Shown: positions 44,560 to 54,668 of the stretch, one piece after another | Numbering within the stretch: the first letter of the stretch is position 1 | How the letters are laid out: each line of letters begins with the position of its first letter | IMG/VR virus record: IMGVR_UViG_2867339791_000001 | Coordinates: 7,046-71,045 of that record | Length of the DNA: 64,000 nucleotides | Direction: 5' to 3' (one strand) | Origin: a virus | Made by a program: the position numbers and the translations under genes | The notes under the pieces: model-generated | Databases searched by the model: none | The model's input: only the letters and a program-made list of their open reading frames with translations | Told to the model about the DNA's origin: nothing

Positions 44560-45240
44560 GTGTTCGGGCTGGACCTGCTGAAGCTCATCGACGCCCGCAT
44601 TGAGGCGTACCGGCAAAAGCAGACCGCCACCGGCACGGTGCAGACCCGCCAGTCCGCGAGCCGCGCCACGGTCACGTTCGACGGGTCGGCGCTCGCCGTC
44701 CCCGTCAAGGTGCTCGGCCACGTCCACGTGCGGGAGAACTCCCGAGTCACGCTGGCCCGGTTCGGCTCCGAGTGGGTCGTGGTCGGCGTGTTCGGCGGCG
44801 CCGGCAGCCTGCTCACCACCTGGGCAGCTCCCACCAACTCCTCCGGCGTGTTCACCGAGGCCGCCGTCCTCGCCGTCACCGGGTTCACGTTCGAACCGCA
44901 GGCGGTGTACCGGCTGCGGCTCGGCGGGCAGGTGCAAGGCTCCGTCGCCAACTACAGCCTGTGGCGCGTCCGCGACCGGGCGACCGGCCCCTACCCGGTC
45001 GACTGGGGCCAGTTCGGGCACTACCACTGCCCCGTCGCGGACCTGCCGTTCGCGCTGCTCGGCGAGCACTACCTGGCGCACGTCGGGTCGACACCGCTGG
45101 AAGGGCAGACGATCGCCGTCACCGCGCAGGCGTCGACCGGCACCGTCCAGCACATCGGTTCGGCCACCACGCCGCGGTACCTGGCCATCGAGCGGTGCCC
45201 CGGCTCACCGGCCGAGTACCCCCACGCACTCGTGATCTAG
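44560..45240 (+). CDS. Minor tail protein
   Basis: N-terminal OB-like TGTV..ATVTFDG..RVTL..W.VVG. Confidence 0.65.
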   Translation: MFGLDLLKLIDARIEAYRQKQTATGTVQTRQSASRATVTFDGSALAVPVKVLGHVHVRENSRVTLARFGSEWVVVGVFGGAGSLLTTWAAPTNSSGVFTEAAVLAVTGFTFEPQAVYRLRLGGQVQGSVANYSLWRVRDRATGPYPVDWGQFGHYHCPVADLPFALLGEHYLAHVGSTPLEGQTIAVTAQASTGTVQHIGSATTPRYLAIERCPGSPAEYPHALVI

Positions 45241-45249
45241 GAGGCGTCG

Positions 45250-47808
45250 GTGGGTTTCATCGACGATTCGCTGCTCGCCAACCCGCTCGCCGCGTCCCCG
45301 GCCGTCGCCCGAATCGACCGGCAGAACAGCGGCGTCCTCTGGTTCACGATGATCAGCAACGCGCAGAACTCGGTGCTCTACTACCGGTCCACCGACAACG
45401 GGTCGACCTGGCAGTACGCGGGCGGCTGGAACTTCGGCGTCACCATCCACGAGATCTCGAACCTGCACATCACCAACTACGGTGACCTGTGGCTGGCGTT
45501 CCGCACCAACGAGAACAGCCGCGACCGCATCTCGATCATCCGGGCGACCGGCGGCTCCACCACCTTCGCCGCCGGCAGCCCGCGGATGCTGGCCGAGCCC
45601 GCCAACGGCGGTGTGGCCGGCGCGATCCACAACGGGCTGGAAATCCACTCGATCGGCCTGCCGCCGTCGCAGGCGCAGCGGATCGTCGTCGCCGCCGGCA
45701 CCCGAGTCGGCGGGTCGAGCGGCGTCACCCTGTACGGGGCGAACATGGCCACCAACGGGGCCCTCACCGCCAACAACGCCCTGTTCACCGGCAAGCGGCA
45801 ATGGCTGTACCCCGGCGCTGCCGGCCGGCTCACCCCGCAGATCGAGATCGAACACTGGGGTGACGGCAAGTCGGCGTCCGTGCCGCACCTGTGGGTGTCG
45901 TTCGGCCGCACCGACCTGCGGGTGGTCAAGCTGGCCTGGAACGGGTCGACGTGGGCGGGGCCGACGAACACCGTCCTGCTCACCTCCGGCCTGACCGCGC
46001 AGAACGCGATCGCCGGCCGATGGGACGGCACCCGGTTCCTCACCGCCGTACCGAACCCCGACAGCGCCGCCACGGACACGGTGCTGGTGCTCGAACGGAA
46101 CCAGGCCAACAGCTCCACCATCCTGCGGACCTCCCCCTCCCACCCCGCCGGGGCGGTCCGCAACTGCACGCTCGCCTACAACTCGGTGTCCCGCGACTTC
46201 CGGGTGTTCGCCGTCGGCACGAGCTCCGACCTGCTCTACTACGTCGACTACGCCCGCGCCGCCGGCACCTGGACCACCTGGACCACCGTCACCGCGGTCA
46301 TGGGCGGCAGCAACTATTCGGTGCGGCACGAGTCGTACGGGTCGGCCCGCTACGACGTGATCACCGCCCACGCGGGCAGCCCCAACACCCTCGTGTCCAC
46401 CAACGTTGGCCTCAGCTACGCGCCGAGCCTGCCGACCTGGCAGTACGGCACCAACCCGACGACGCCGCCCGCGAACGGGGCGGCCGTGGACGTCGCCAAG
46501 GCGATGCTGCTGGACTGGGCGTTCTCCGACCCGGACCCGAACGACGCCCAGTCGGCGTGGGCGCTGTCCCGGCAGATCGGCTCCGGCACCGTCCAGTACC
46601 TCCGTGCCTCCGACAGCACGTGGCAGGCCGGCGAGGTGAAGAACCCGGGCGGCAGCACGCAGGTGAACATGCCCGCCAGCCTGTGGGTCGGGGCGGGCGG
46701 GGCCGGGGACCCGGCGCACACCTACCGGGTGAAGGTGTGGGACGGGGCCAACCTGGCGTCGCTGTACTCGTCGGCGCTGGTGGTCGTCCCCTCCGCAGTC
46801 ACCAACCCGACGATCACCAGCCCCGACACGGACGGGGCGTCGTGGACCAGCGACACGATCACCCTGTTCTGGACCGTCACCGAGCAGACCGCCTACCAGG
46901 TGCAGCTGCTCAACGCCTCCGCCGCGCTGATCTACGACTCGGGCTGGCGGGGAGGCACCGCCCCCACCTTCAGCATCCCCACCCGCGTCGAGGACGGGCA
47001 GACGTACACGATTCGGCTGCGCACCCGCAACGGTGAGGGCTTGGCCTCGAATCCGGTCGACCGCACCGTGGTCGTCGACTACACGGAGCCGACGCCACCG
47101 GTCGTGGCAGCCCTGCCGATGCCCCACCGCGGGCTGGTGCGGGTGTCCATCACCAACCCCCTCGCGCCGTCCCTGATCCCCGACACGTCGTTCGAGGTGG
47201 ACCTGTCAGGGTGGACCGCGCTCAACGCCACCCAGGCCCGGGTCAACACGTGGGCGTCGGACGGCGAATGGTCGTGCCAGATCACCCCGTCAGGGTCCGC
47301 GTCGAACGCGTACACCCAGAGCGTCCAGGTCCCGGCCGCCCCCGGTGATGTGCTGACCGGCTGGGCCGACGTGCTGCCGGTCACCGGCAACAAGCCGGCC
47401 GCCGCGTACCTGCACTGGTTCACCGGCGCCGGGGTCTTTATCTCCTCGACGGTCGCGCATTTCCCGGCCACCGCCGGGGAGCCGCAGCGGGTGTCCGTGA
47501 CCGGCGTGGCCCCGGCCTCCACCGGCCGGGTTGCCGTCGCTGCTGGGGTGGCCCTCAACCCGGCCAGCGGGGACGTCGTGTTCGTCGATGCGGTGCGGCT
47601 GATGGCCGGCGCGGTGCCGTACGTGCTGTCCAACGACCTTCAGCGCCGGCACCTCGGGGACACCGCCTCCGAAGTGACGATCGGCCGAGGCATCCCCGAG
47701 GGCGGCACCTGGGACGACTGGACCGTCCGCTCGGGGCAGCCGTACGAGTACCGGGCCGTGACGTACGGCGCGAACGGCACCACCTCGTACGGGCCTTGGA
47801 CGGCCTAA
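45250..47808 (+). CDS. Minor tail/receptor-binding protein with FN3-like and CBM-like domains
   Basis: W.FSDPDPND.Q, YRVKVWD, YTIRLRT (FN3-like); PDTSFEVDLSGW (CBM4-like). Confidence 0.7.
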   Translation: MGFIDDSLLANPLAASPAVARIDRQNSGVLWFTMISNAQNSVLYYRSTDNGSTWQYAGGWNFGVTIHEISNLHITNYGDLWLAFRTNENSRDRISIIRATGGSTTFAAGSPRMLAEPANGGVAGAIHNGLEIHSIGLPPSQAQRIVVAAGTRVGGSSGVTLYGANMATNGALTANNALFTGKRQWLYPGAAGRLTPQIEIEHWGDGKSASVPHLWVSFGRTDLRVVKLAWNGSTWAGPTNTVLLTSGLTAQNAIAGRWDGTRFLTAVPNPDSAATDTVLVLERNQANSSTILRTSPSHPAGAVRNCTLAYNSVSRDFRVFAVGTSSDLLYYVDYARAAGTWTTWTTVTAVMGGSNYSVRHESYGSARYDVITAHAGSPNTLVSTNVGLSYAPSLPTWQYGTNPTTPPANGAAVDVAKAMLLDWAFSDPDPNDAQSAWALSRQIGSGTVQYLRASDSTWQAGEVKNPGGSTQVNMPASLWVGAGGAGDPAHTYRVKVWDGANLASLYSSALVVVPSAVTNPTITSPDTDGASWTSDTITLFWTVTEQTAYQVQLLNASAALIYDSGWRGGTAPTFSIPTRVEDGQTYTIRLRTRNGEGLASNPVDRTVVVDYTEPTPPVVAALPMPHRGLVRVSITNPLAPSLIPDTSFEVDLSGWTALNATQARVNTWASDGEWSCQITPSGSASNAYTQSVQVPAAPGDVLTGWADVLPVTGNKPAAAYLHWFTGAGVFISSTVAHFPATAGEPQRVSVTGVAPASTGRVAVAAGVALNPASGDVVFVDAVRLMAGAVPYVLSNDLQRRHLGDTASEVTIGRGIPEGGTWDDWTVRSGQPYEYRAVTYGANGTTSYGPWTA

Positions 47809-47874
47809 CCCTGTCTCCAATCCCCTGTAGCCGGCCCTGCGGTGGTCGGCCGATCTGTGCTGGGCGGAGGACCC

Positions 47875-48765
47875 ATGACCCGCGCACCCGCGAACCTGCT
47901 GGCTGTCCGCAGCCTGCTACTCACCCATCTCAACCCGGCCGCCGCGAACCGCTCCGCGGACCTCGAACCGGCCGAGGTGGGCATCGTCGGCGACCCGGCC
48001 CACCGGGGCGGGTACCACTGCGGCTCCAACCGGGTCGTCACCAACGACTACTCGGTGGTCGAGTCGCCCCGAGACCGGGCCGGTCTCACGCTCGACGCGG
48101 CTGGCCTCGACGTCGGCCAGTTCGAGGTGCGGGTGGACGGCCGGACCCACAACCTTCAGACGTTCTCCACCTGGTGCGTCGGCCAGTGCGCGGCGAACGC
48201 CGCGGACACCCGCGACATCCGGGAGATCATCTACAGCCCCGATGGGCGGACCGTGCGCCGCTGGGACCGGCTCGGCCGCCGCAAGAGCGGCGACAACTCG
48301 CACCTCTGGCACACCCACTTCAGCTTCTTCCGCGACGCGATCAAGGCGGGCCGCGACCAGACCCCCCTGTTCCGCCGCTACCTGACCACCATCGGACTCT
48401 TGGAAGGACCAGACATGACCAAGGAAGAGCACGACTGGCTCGCCACCATCTTCAAGAACCTGACCGTGCTCGACGGGCGCAACCCGATCGGCCAGATCTA
48501 CACCCGCATGTCCGTGGGCGAGGACCACACCGGGGCGAAGCCGCCCACCTACCCCACCCTGAAGTCGATCAGCACGCAGCTCTCCGCGTTGCAGAGCGCG
48601 TTGTCGACGCTGTCCGGCCGGGACTTCACCGACGAGGACGCGATCGTCGCCGGAGTTCTCGCCGGCCTCGACCCGGCCACCATCGCTGCGCGCATCGTCG
48701 AGCACATGCCCGCCGAACACGCCAGGCAGCTCGCCGACGAGCTGGCCGCCCGCCTGGCCGCATGA
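47875..48765 (+). CDS. Putative endolysin (Zn peptidase-like)
   Basis: GIVGDPAH..GYH..D..SHLWHTHFSF; first gene after the tail genes, before holin-like genes. Confidence 0.6.
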   Translation: MTRAPANLLAVRSLLLTHLNPAAANRSADLEPAEVGIVGDPAHRGGYHCGSNRVVTNDYSVVESPRDRAGLTLDAAGLDVGQFEVRVDGRTHNLQTFSTWCVGQCAANAADTRDIREIIYSPDGRTVRRWDRLGRRKSGDNSHLWHTHFSFFRDAIKAGRDQTPLFRRYLTTIGLLEGPDMTKEEHDWLATIFKNLTVLDGRNPIGQIYTRMSVGEDHTGAKPPTYPTLKSISTQLSALQSALSTLSGRDFTDEDAIVAGVLAGLDPATIAARIVEHMPAEHARQLADELAARLAA

Positions 48766-49232
48766 CCCCGCTCCGGCCGGTCCAGATCGCGAGCGGCCGG
48801 CACCCGTTCGAGATGGCGGTGCTCCTCGCCGCCGTCTGCTCCGGCGTCGCCCTCGTCGTTACCGACCGGCGACCCGCCTCAGTCCTCGCCGCCATGCCCG
48901 CCACGGTGCAGCTCCTGTGGGAGGTGGGACTGATCGTGGCCGGCGTCATCGGTCTGATCGGCGTCACCTGGAACGGCGACCTGTCGACGTCGATGGGCGT
49001 CGAGATGATCGGGATCATCCTGCTCGGCACCGTCACCACCATGTACGCGGTCGCGCTGTTCGTCGTGTCCGGTTCGGCGGCGATCGCCGCCGGGGCGTTC
49101 ATCTGCGCGATCGCCGCCGCCTCGTGGGCACGCGCGGTGCAGGTGCTCGTGGACCTTCGGCGGGTCGGCCGCGCCGCGCAGGCTGGCCGTACCGCCGATG
49201 TGACCCTGCTCGTGGAGAGGGACCCGTCATGA
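48762..49232 (+). CDS. Four-TM membrane protein (lysis cassette)
   Basis: Four hydrophobic helices; ATGA coupling. Confidence 0.7.
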   Translation: MTPLRPVQIASGRHPFEMAVLLAAVCSGVALVVTDRRPASVLAAMPATVQLLWEVGLIVAGVIGLIGVTWNGDLSTSMGVEMIGIILLGTVTTMYAVALFVVSGSAAIAAGAFICAIAAASWARAVQVLVDLRRVGRAAQAGRTADVTLLVERDPS

Positions 49233-49681
49233 TCTGGGCTGCCGACGCACCCCCGGCAGCCGGAGGCTCGTGGGTCCAGACGCTCATCACCGTCATCGGT
49301 CTGCTCGGTGGCGCCGGTGGCATCGCGGCGTTGGCGGCGACGCTGCTGCAACGACGCAAGATCAGGGCGGACGCCGCGGACGTCATCACCGACACCGCGC
49401 TCACCCTCGTCGCCCCGCTGCGCGAGCGGGTCGCCGAGTTGGAGACCGAAGCCGCCGGCGCAAGGCGGGAAGCGACCGCTGCGAGGATGCAGGCAGAGCA
49501 GGCCAACGTCGAGATGAGCGACCTACGGACCGTCGTTCAGGAGCTGACGGGGATGCTGACCCGCTGGCGAGACGAGGTGCTGGCGACCGCTGGTGCGCCG
49601 GACGCGGAGGCGGCCCTGGCCCGGCTACGGATCATGGTGTCCGCCGCGCACCACCACAACGGCAACGTGCCACCCAGCTAG
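49229..49681 (+). CDS. TM-anchored coiled-coil protein (lysis cassette)
   Basis: N-terminal TM LITVIGLLGGAGG followed by heptads. Confidence 0.7.
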   Translation: MIWAADAPPAAGGSWVQTLITVIGLLGGAGGIAALAATLLQRRKIRADAADVITDTALTLVAPLRERVAELETEAAGARREATAARMQAEQANVEMSDLRTVVQELTGMLTRWRDEVLATAGAPDAEAALARLRIMVSAAHHHNGNVPPS

Positions 49682-50057
49682 CCGCGCGCCCCGGGCCCGA
49701 AGTACGGGGCGGCGTCCACGTCCTGGTGCGGCGGCCACATCTGCCGGTCTCCGCACTGCCGGCACTCCCAGGTCCGGTGCATGCCGCCGGGCTGCACGAG
49801 CAGGCCGCGGAGCTGAGGTACACCTGGCCGGGCTTCAGCGGGTGCCGGTCCGGGCCGGCGCAGGTCGCGGGGATCGTCTCCTGCCACACCACCGTCTTCA
49901 CGGCCGGGTCGTACACGGCCCGGTGGGCGGCCCGCCCGCAGTCCCGGCACGCCGGCACGAGCTGCTGCCACGGCTGCACGAGCCCGTGCACCGGGCAGGC
50001 GTACTGGCCCGCCCTGGCCTTGATCCGGCCCCAGTCCACCTGACCCGTCTCTGCCAT
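49678..50057 (-). pseudogene. Frameshifted Cys/His-rich protein
   Basis: ..HPLKPGQVYLSSAACSC in one frame continues as GGMHRTWECRQCGDRQMWPP in another; shift near 49790. Confidence 0.55.
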
Positions 50058-50146
50058 GCCGGCGATCGTACCGGCCTTCATTCGCCGGCCCGAAATGAAG
50101 GTTTTGGGCCGGTTCCTTGCGTTCCAAGATCAGCCCAGGAGGGGTC

Positions 50147-50584
50147 ATGTCCGAGCCCACCAACCTGCCCGCGAAGGGCACGATCCTCGGCCGCGAGCCG
50201 GCCGTCCTCATCAACGCGGTCGCCGCGTTGCTTGCCCTGTTCGTCGCGTTCGGCGCGGACTTCCTCACCGCGAAGCAGGCCGGCGCGGTCGAGGCGTTCC
50301 TGGCCGCCGCGGCGACCGCGTGGCTCCTGTCGAAGGTCCGCCCGATCGCGCCCACCCTGTTCACCGGCGTCATCACCACCGGCGCCACCCTCGCCGCGGC
50401 GTACGGGTTCGAGCTGTCGCAGGAGCAGGTCGGCTCGATCACCGCCGCGTCCATCGCGCTGATGACCGCGCTCGTGATCCGTCCGCAGTCCACCCCGAAG
50501 TCTGACCCGCGGACGATCGACGGCGTTGTGGTGCCCGGTGACGTGCGCGCCGCCGACGTACGCCCGCAGACCCGACTGCGCTGA
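50147..50584 (+). CDS. Holin-like membrane protein
   Basis: GREPAV...four TM segments; RBS AGGAGG. Confidence 0.75.
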   Translation: MSEPTNLPAKGTILGREPAVLINAVAALLALFVAFGADFLTAKQAGAVEAFLAAAATAWLLSKVRPIAPTLFTGVITTGATLAAAYGFELSQEQVGSITAASIALMTALVIRPQSTPKSDPRTIDGVVVPGDVRAADVRPQTRLR

Positions 50585-50626
50585 CCGCTGCTGCCGTCTG
50601 CTCCAGGCTGCTCCCGAACTGGCAGC

Positions 50627-50683
50627 AAGCGCCCCGCCCCACCGACCGCCTCGTGCGGCTGGTGGGGCGGGGCGCTTTCGTCG
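50627..50683. terminator. Bidirectional terminator hairpin, copy 1
   Basis: AAGCGCCCCGCCCCACC..GGTGGGGCGGGGCGCTTT. Confidence 0.75.
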
Positions 50684-51022
50684 TTAACCGGCGACGTAGT
50701 CGGCGTAGATCCAGCCCCTGTCGGTCTCGTACCAGAGCGACCCCTTGGAATTGCGGTACCGCGCCAAGATCACCACGTCGGTGCCGTAGGAGAGATGCGT
50801 GAAGACGTAGCAGCTCGCGTACGGTCCGACGTGCACCGCCGCGCTGGCGACGATGATGTAGGACAGGGTGCTCTCTTTTGCCGGTACGAAGACGTTGCAG
50901 TTGTCTGCGGCCACCGCCGCCCCGGCCTCGGCGGGCGCCGCCATGGCCGGGGTGGCAGTGGCCGGCGTCAACACCAGCCCAGCGAGCAGCACGACCATGA
51001 GCTTCTTGATTTTCTTGGCCAA
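50684..51022 (-). CDS. Secreted SH3b-like small protein
   Basis: Signal peptide KKIKKLMVVLLAG..AMA; HVGP...Y..WY....GWI. Confidence 0.65.
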   Translation of the reverse strand: MAKKIKKLMVVLLAGLVLTPATATPAMAAPAEAGAAVAADNCNVFVPAKESTLSYIIVASAAVHVGPYASCYVFTHLSYGTDVVILARYRNSKGSLWYETDRGWIYADYVAG

Positions 51023-51194
51023 CTTCGGGCCCCCTACCTCGATTGATCGTGCCATTGGGAGGCACGCACTCAGCAGAAACAGTGATCCGCCTCGATCGCC
51101 TTGCCTTGTCGCAACGTAATGAATTCGGGCGGGCGGCAGCAATCCTGGGGCTGGATGCTTGCGGTACTTGGCGCGATACCTGCGCTTGACTCGA

Positions 51195-51249
51195 CGCCCC
51201 CGCGCCACCGATCGCCTCGTGCGGCTGGTGGGGCGGGGCGCTTTCGTCG
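51195..51249. repeat. Second copy of the terminator hairpin
   Basis: CGCCTCGTGCGGCTGGTGGGGCGGGGCGCTTTCGTCG identical to copy 1; left arm degenerate. Confidence 0.8.
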
Positions 51250-51298
51250 CTGGAGGCGGGGGCCACACGACGATGACACGGTCGGTACGGTGCCGGGC

Positions 51299-51997
51299 AT
51301 GCTCCGCCCCCGCCTACTTGCAGCCACCACCCTGCTCCTGGCTCTGCCTGGCTGCGCCAGCGATACCCCGCAACCGACGACGCCCACGAACGTCGCCTCG
51401 CCCCCGTACGCGTCCCCGCCCGGCGGTGCACCGGCCGGCAGCAGCCCGCCCGTGGACGTCTTCGTCACCGACTCCGCCCGGGACTTCTGGGATTGGGTCA
51501 CGGTGGGCGGCGGGGTTCTGTTCGGGCTCGCGTCCGTGGTGGTCGGCATTCTCGCGGTGATCCTCGCCCGCAAGGCGAACATGGCGGCGGAGCGAGCCAA
51601 CGCTGAGGCGAGCAAGGCACGGGCAGCGGTTGCTATCGAGCGGCGGCGCACGTTCGAGTTGGAGATTCTTCGTGATCTCCTAGAGGCGCTGGATCAACCA
51701 ACTTGGCTGGGCGAGGTGATCGAATTCCGCCGGTCGTTTGAAGGCACGTTTGGTGCTCGTCTCAGCCTGTTGCCAGTTGACGAGTTGCCAGCGTGGCGGG
51801 CGGTCGTGGCGATCCGGAAGATGGAAGGACTTGTGGATCTCGTGGGCCGGACGGCCGAGGACGAAGAGGCATTGGAGCAGAACAGGACGCTTGGTGTTCG
51901 GTTTGCGCCGCCTAGTTTGCGCGGGCGGCTGAGGTCCCGGCTGCGGCTCGATGTTGAGGAGGCGGTGGAGCGCCGGATGGTGGAGCGGGACGACTAA
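51299..51997 (+). CDS. Lipoprotein with an additional TM helix and cytoplasmic helical domain
   Basis: Lipobox LPGC; P/T linker; TM VGGGVLFGLASVVVGILAVIL. Confidence 0.6.
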   Translation: MLRPRLLAATTLLLALPGCASDTPQPTTPTNVASPPYASPPGGAPAGSSPPVDVFVTDSARDFWDWVTVGGGVLFGLASVVVGILAVILARKANMAAERANAEASKARAAVAIERRRTFELEILRDLLEALDQPTWLGEVIEFRRSFEGTFGARLSLLPVDELPAWRAVVAIRKMEGLVDLVGRTAEDEEALEQNRTLGVRFAPPSLRGRLRSRLRLDVEEAVERRMVERDD

Positions 51998-52015
51998 GCG
52001 TCGGGCCGCGGGTCG

Positions 52016-52291
52016 CTACCGGCGGCGGGCGGCCAGCTCGCGACGGAACGCCTCCACCCTCGGCCTCGACCAGTCCCGCAGCTCGCAGCCGGCCGGCCCG
52101 CACTGGTGGCAGGCTCGGCCGTTGCGGTGCAGCTCCTCGATCACGCTCGCCAACGCCACGTCCCCGGCCGGTGGGTGCGGGTCCGTGCACGCGCACGCGA
52201 CCTGCTGGCCGGCGACGAGAACGAAGCCGGGGCAGTCGTGACCGAGGTCCAGGGCCCGACCGAGCTGGCATTCAGCGCACCACACGATCAC
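52016..52291 (-). CDS. Small Cys-rich protein
   Basis: CAEC..C..CAC..H..CHQC..C. Confidence 0.55.
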   Translation of the reverse strand: MIVWCAECQLGRALDLGHDCPGFVLVAGQQVACACTDPHPPAGDVALASVIEELHRNGRACHQCGPAGCELRDWSRPRVEAFRRELAARRR

Positions 52292-52485
52292 GCGCCCCCG
52301 TCCAGGGACGGCGGGATGTACGGGGGTTCGCCGACGATCTGAAGGTAGTAGGCGGCGTTGCCTCGGGCTCGGCACACCATGACTCCGCAGATCGGGCAAC
52401 GGTCGGGGTTGGGCCAGTGGTCCGTGATGATGACCTTGGCGGAGAGGATCATCCGGGAGCGGACGAGAGACGGGGCGCTGGTCAT
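52288..52485 (-). CDS. Small zinc-ribbon protein
   Basis: H..CPIC...C; coupled start/stop overlaps. Confidence 0.55.
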   Translation of the reverse strand: MTSAPSLVRSRMILSAKVIITDHWPNPDRCPICGVMVCRARGNAAYYLQIVGEPPYIPPSLDGGA

Positions 52486-52826
52486 CCGCCCACCGCCCGG
52501 GGACGCGCCGGCCGCCGCCGGTGAGGCTCCGCAGGCAGCGCCTTCCGCGTGGTGACCGGCCCCGCCGGAGGGAGCCGCGTCACGGGGGCCGGCCTCGACC
52601 AGCTCACGAGCCGGTCGTACGGGGCCTCCGGGCTGACCGTCAGCAGGTCCATCGCCGCGTCGAAGTAGTAGGTGGCCAGCTGCACCGCCAGGCCCGCCAC
52701 GTCCCGCTCGTGCTCGCGAAGCAGGGTGGCCTTCGCCTGCGGGCACGGCCAGTCGTGCTCGCACCGCCGGCACTTCCAGCTCGGCCGGCGCGGCGCGTGC
52801 ACGGGCGCGCTGGCCGCCGCGGTCAC
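52482..52826 (-). CDS. HxPxRPxWxCxxCxxxWPC-family small protein
   Basis: HAPRRPSWKCRRCEHDWPC; family common in actinomycete mobile elements. Confidence 0.7.
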   Translation of the reverse strand: MTAAASAPVHAPRRPSWKCRRCEHDWPCPQAKATLLREHERDVAGLAVQLATYYFDAAMDLLTVSPEAPYDRLVSWSRPAPVTRLPPAGPVTTRKALPAEPHRRRPARPRAVGG

Positions 52827-53035
52827 TCCCGCCTCCCGGTGTCGCGACCGATCTGCCCCGGGGGGACAACCGGGGACACGGTGGGGATCGTGGAGCGACC
52901 GTCCCAGCCGGGCTCGACCGGCGGCTCCTCGTCCTCGCCTCGGGCCGGCAGAGCGCCGGAGCGGTACGGGTAGACGGTGGCGGGGCCGGTCGCGTCGAGC
53001 GGGGCGTCGGTGCGCCGCCGCTTGCAGGGCCACAT
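52823..53035 (-). CDS. Small hypothetical protein
   Basis: Coupled to the downstream GTG; RBS GGAGGGAG. Confidence 0.45.
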   Translation of the reverse strand: MWPCKRRRTDAPLDATGPATVYPYRSGALPARGEDEEPPVEPGWDGRSTIPTVSPVVPPGQIGRDTGRRE

Positions 53036-53285
53036 CAGCCGGTGCTCCCTCCTCGTCCGGAGGGCGGGAGAGGCCACCCAGGTACCGCCCGCTCCCGCCC
53101 CGCTCGGGGGACCGGGGCGACGGCGGTGCTCGCACACACCGTTGGGTGCGGGCCTTGACACCGCCGCCGCCCCAACCGTCCGGTCTCGCACGGGGGAACA
53201 GGACCGGACGATCTGCGACAGACGGTAAGCGCGCGACTACTGCCCCACCGGCACGCGGCGGGGGACTACCCCACGGCGGGGTACC

Positions 53286-54491
53286 TCAGACGACGCCGAC
53301 CCGCTCCGCGAGCACCCGCAGGTCACCCCGCGTCGTCGGCGTCTCCCGGGCCAGCAGTTCCCGCACGGTCCCGCGCATCAGCAGGTTCAGGCGGGACTCC
53401 TCCGGCGACTCCCGGTCAGCGCGCAGCAGCATCGTGATCGAGGCGAGGTCTTCCCGCTTCGCCGCGTACGCCCGCGCCAGGTGGGTGAGGTGCGAGTGGC
53501 GGCGCTCGATGCTCGGTGACCGTTCGATGTCGACCCGCTCCCCGATCCGGATCGCCTCACCCGGCCGGGACAGTTCGAGGACGGCGGCGGCCCGGTGGAT
53601 CGCCACGTTCGTCGGCCCGAAGAAGATGAAATGGTGCTCGGTCTCGCCGGTGCGGCGGGCCAGCTCGTCGGCCTCGTCGAGCACCTGGTGGGTGCGCCGC
53701 TCGTCGCGCAGCCGCGCGTACTGGATCGACAGCAGCAGCCGCAGCCCGCCCAGCACCGACAGCCGGACCGGGTCGTCGTCGTTGTCGCGTTCGAGGTCGG
53801 CGATCGCCTGCCGGCACATCTCCACCGACTCCTCGGTGTGCCCCCGGTTCGATAGCACCTGGCCCATGTTCCAGGCGGCCGACGCCCGGTAGGCGGGGTC
53901 GTCGGCCTCGTAGGAGGCGTTCAGCGCCCGGTCGGCGGCGATGACGGCGATGTCGTTCGCGCCGACCCGCTTGGCGTACGCGCGCACGAGCAGGTACAGG
54001 TCGGCGGTGACCCGCTGCGCCTCCCGCCGCTGGTTGCCGTCGAGGTTGGCGACGACGGCCCGCGCCGAGTGGATGAGGTCGGGCAGCACCGGCGCCGTGT
54101 ATGTGTACCGCTGCCGGGACTGGTACCAGGTTGTCCAGGCCAGACGCACGGCGGCCCGCAGCTCGTCAAGGGGCGGCGGCTGCTCGACGACCGGGGCGTA
54201 GGAGTGGATGGCGGCCCGCAGCGGCTTCACAGACTCGTGTTCGGCGGGGTCGTCGGGCATGGTGCCGAGCGGCTGACCGGTGAGCTGGTACAGGTCACGG
54301 ACACCGAGGATCCTCGCGATCTCGAACCAGTCGGCCAGGCTGTTGACCGACCGTTCGCCGCTCTCCCACTTCCGCCACGCACCGACGGACTTGCCCATGA
54401 GTTGGGCGCACACTTCCTGGGTGAGGCCGCGGCGACGGCGGTAGAGCTTGATCCGCTCGCCTGGCGGCATCGGGTCCATGGTCTGGTCCAC
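53286..54491 (-). CDS. XRE-family HTH regulator with TPR-like C-terminal domain
   Basis: GERIKLYRRRRGLTQ..AQLMGKSVGAWRKWESG; FGPTNVAIH; RBS GGAGG before GTG 54491. Confidence 0.9.
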   Translation of the reverse strand: MDQTMDPMPPGERIKLYRRRRGLTQEVCAQLMGKSVGAWRKWESGERSVNSLADWFEIARILGVRDLYQLTGQPLGTMPDDPAEHESVKPLRAAIHSYAPVVEQPPPLDELRAAVRLAWTTWYQSRQRYTYTAPVLPDLIHSARAVVANLDGNQRREAQRVTADLYLLVRAYAKRVGANDIAVIAADRALNASYEADDPAYRASAAWNMGQVLSNRGHTEESVEMCRQAIADLERDNDDDPVRLSVLGGLRLLLSIQYARLRDERRTHQVLDEADELARRTGETEHHFIFFGPTNVAIHRAAAVLELSRPGEAIRIGERVDIERSPSIERRHSHLTHLARAYAAKREDLASITMLLRADRESPEESRLNLLMRGTVRELLARETPTTRGDLRVLAERVGVV

Positions 54492-54668
54492 GGTGGGCAC
54501 CTCCCGCACGAGGTTGTCTGCCACCATCGACGGTACTCGCCATCGTGGATGAAGGTAGGATCGGATCGAACAACCCCACGGGGGAGGCCAGCCCGCACGC
54601 CGGCCTCCCCCGGTTCCGTTTCCGGCGAATCGTGCCTGGCCAGGCGGCCGGCGGCTGATGATCGTGGG

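Noticed and set aside
50627-51249. Repeat pair as a CRISPR mini-array
   Set aside because: Only two copies ~570 bp apart flanking a gene; hairpin terminator structure; no cas genes.
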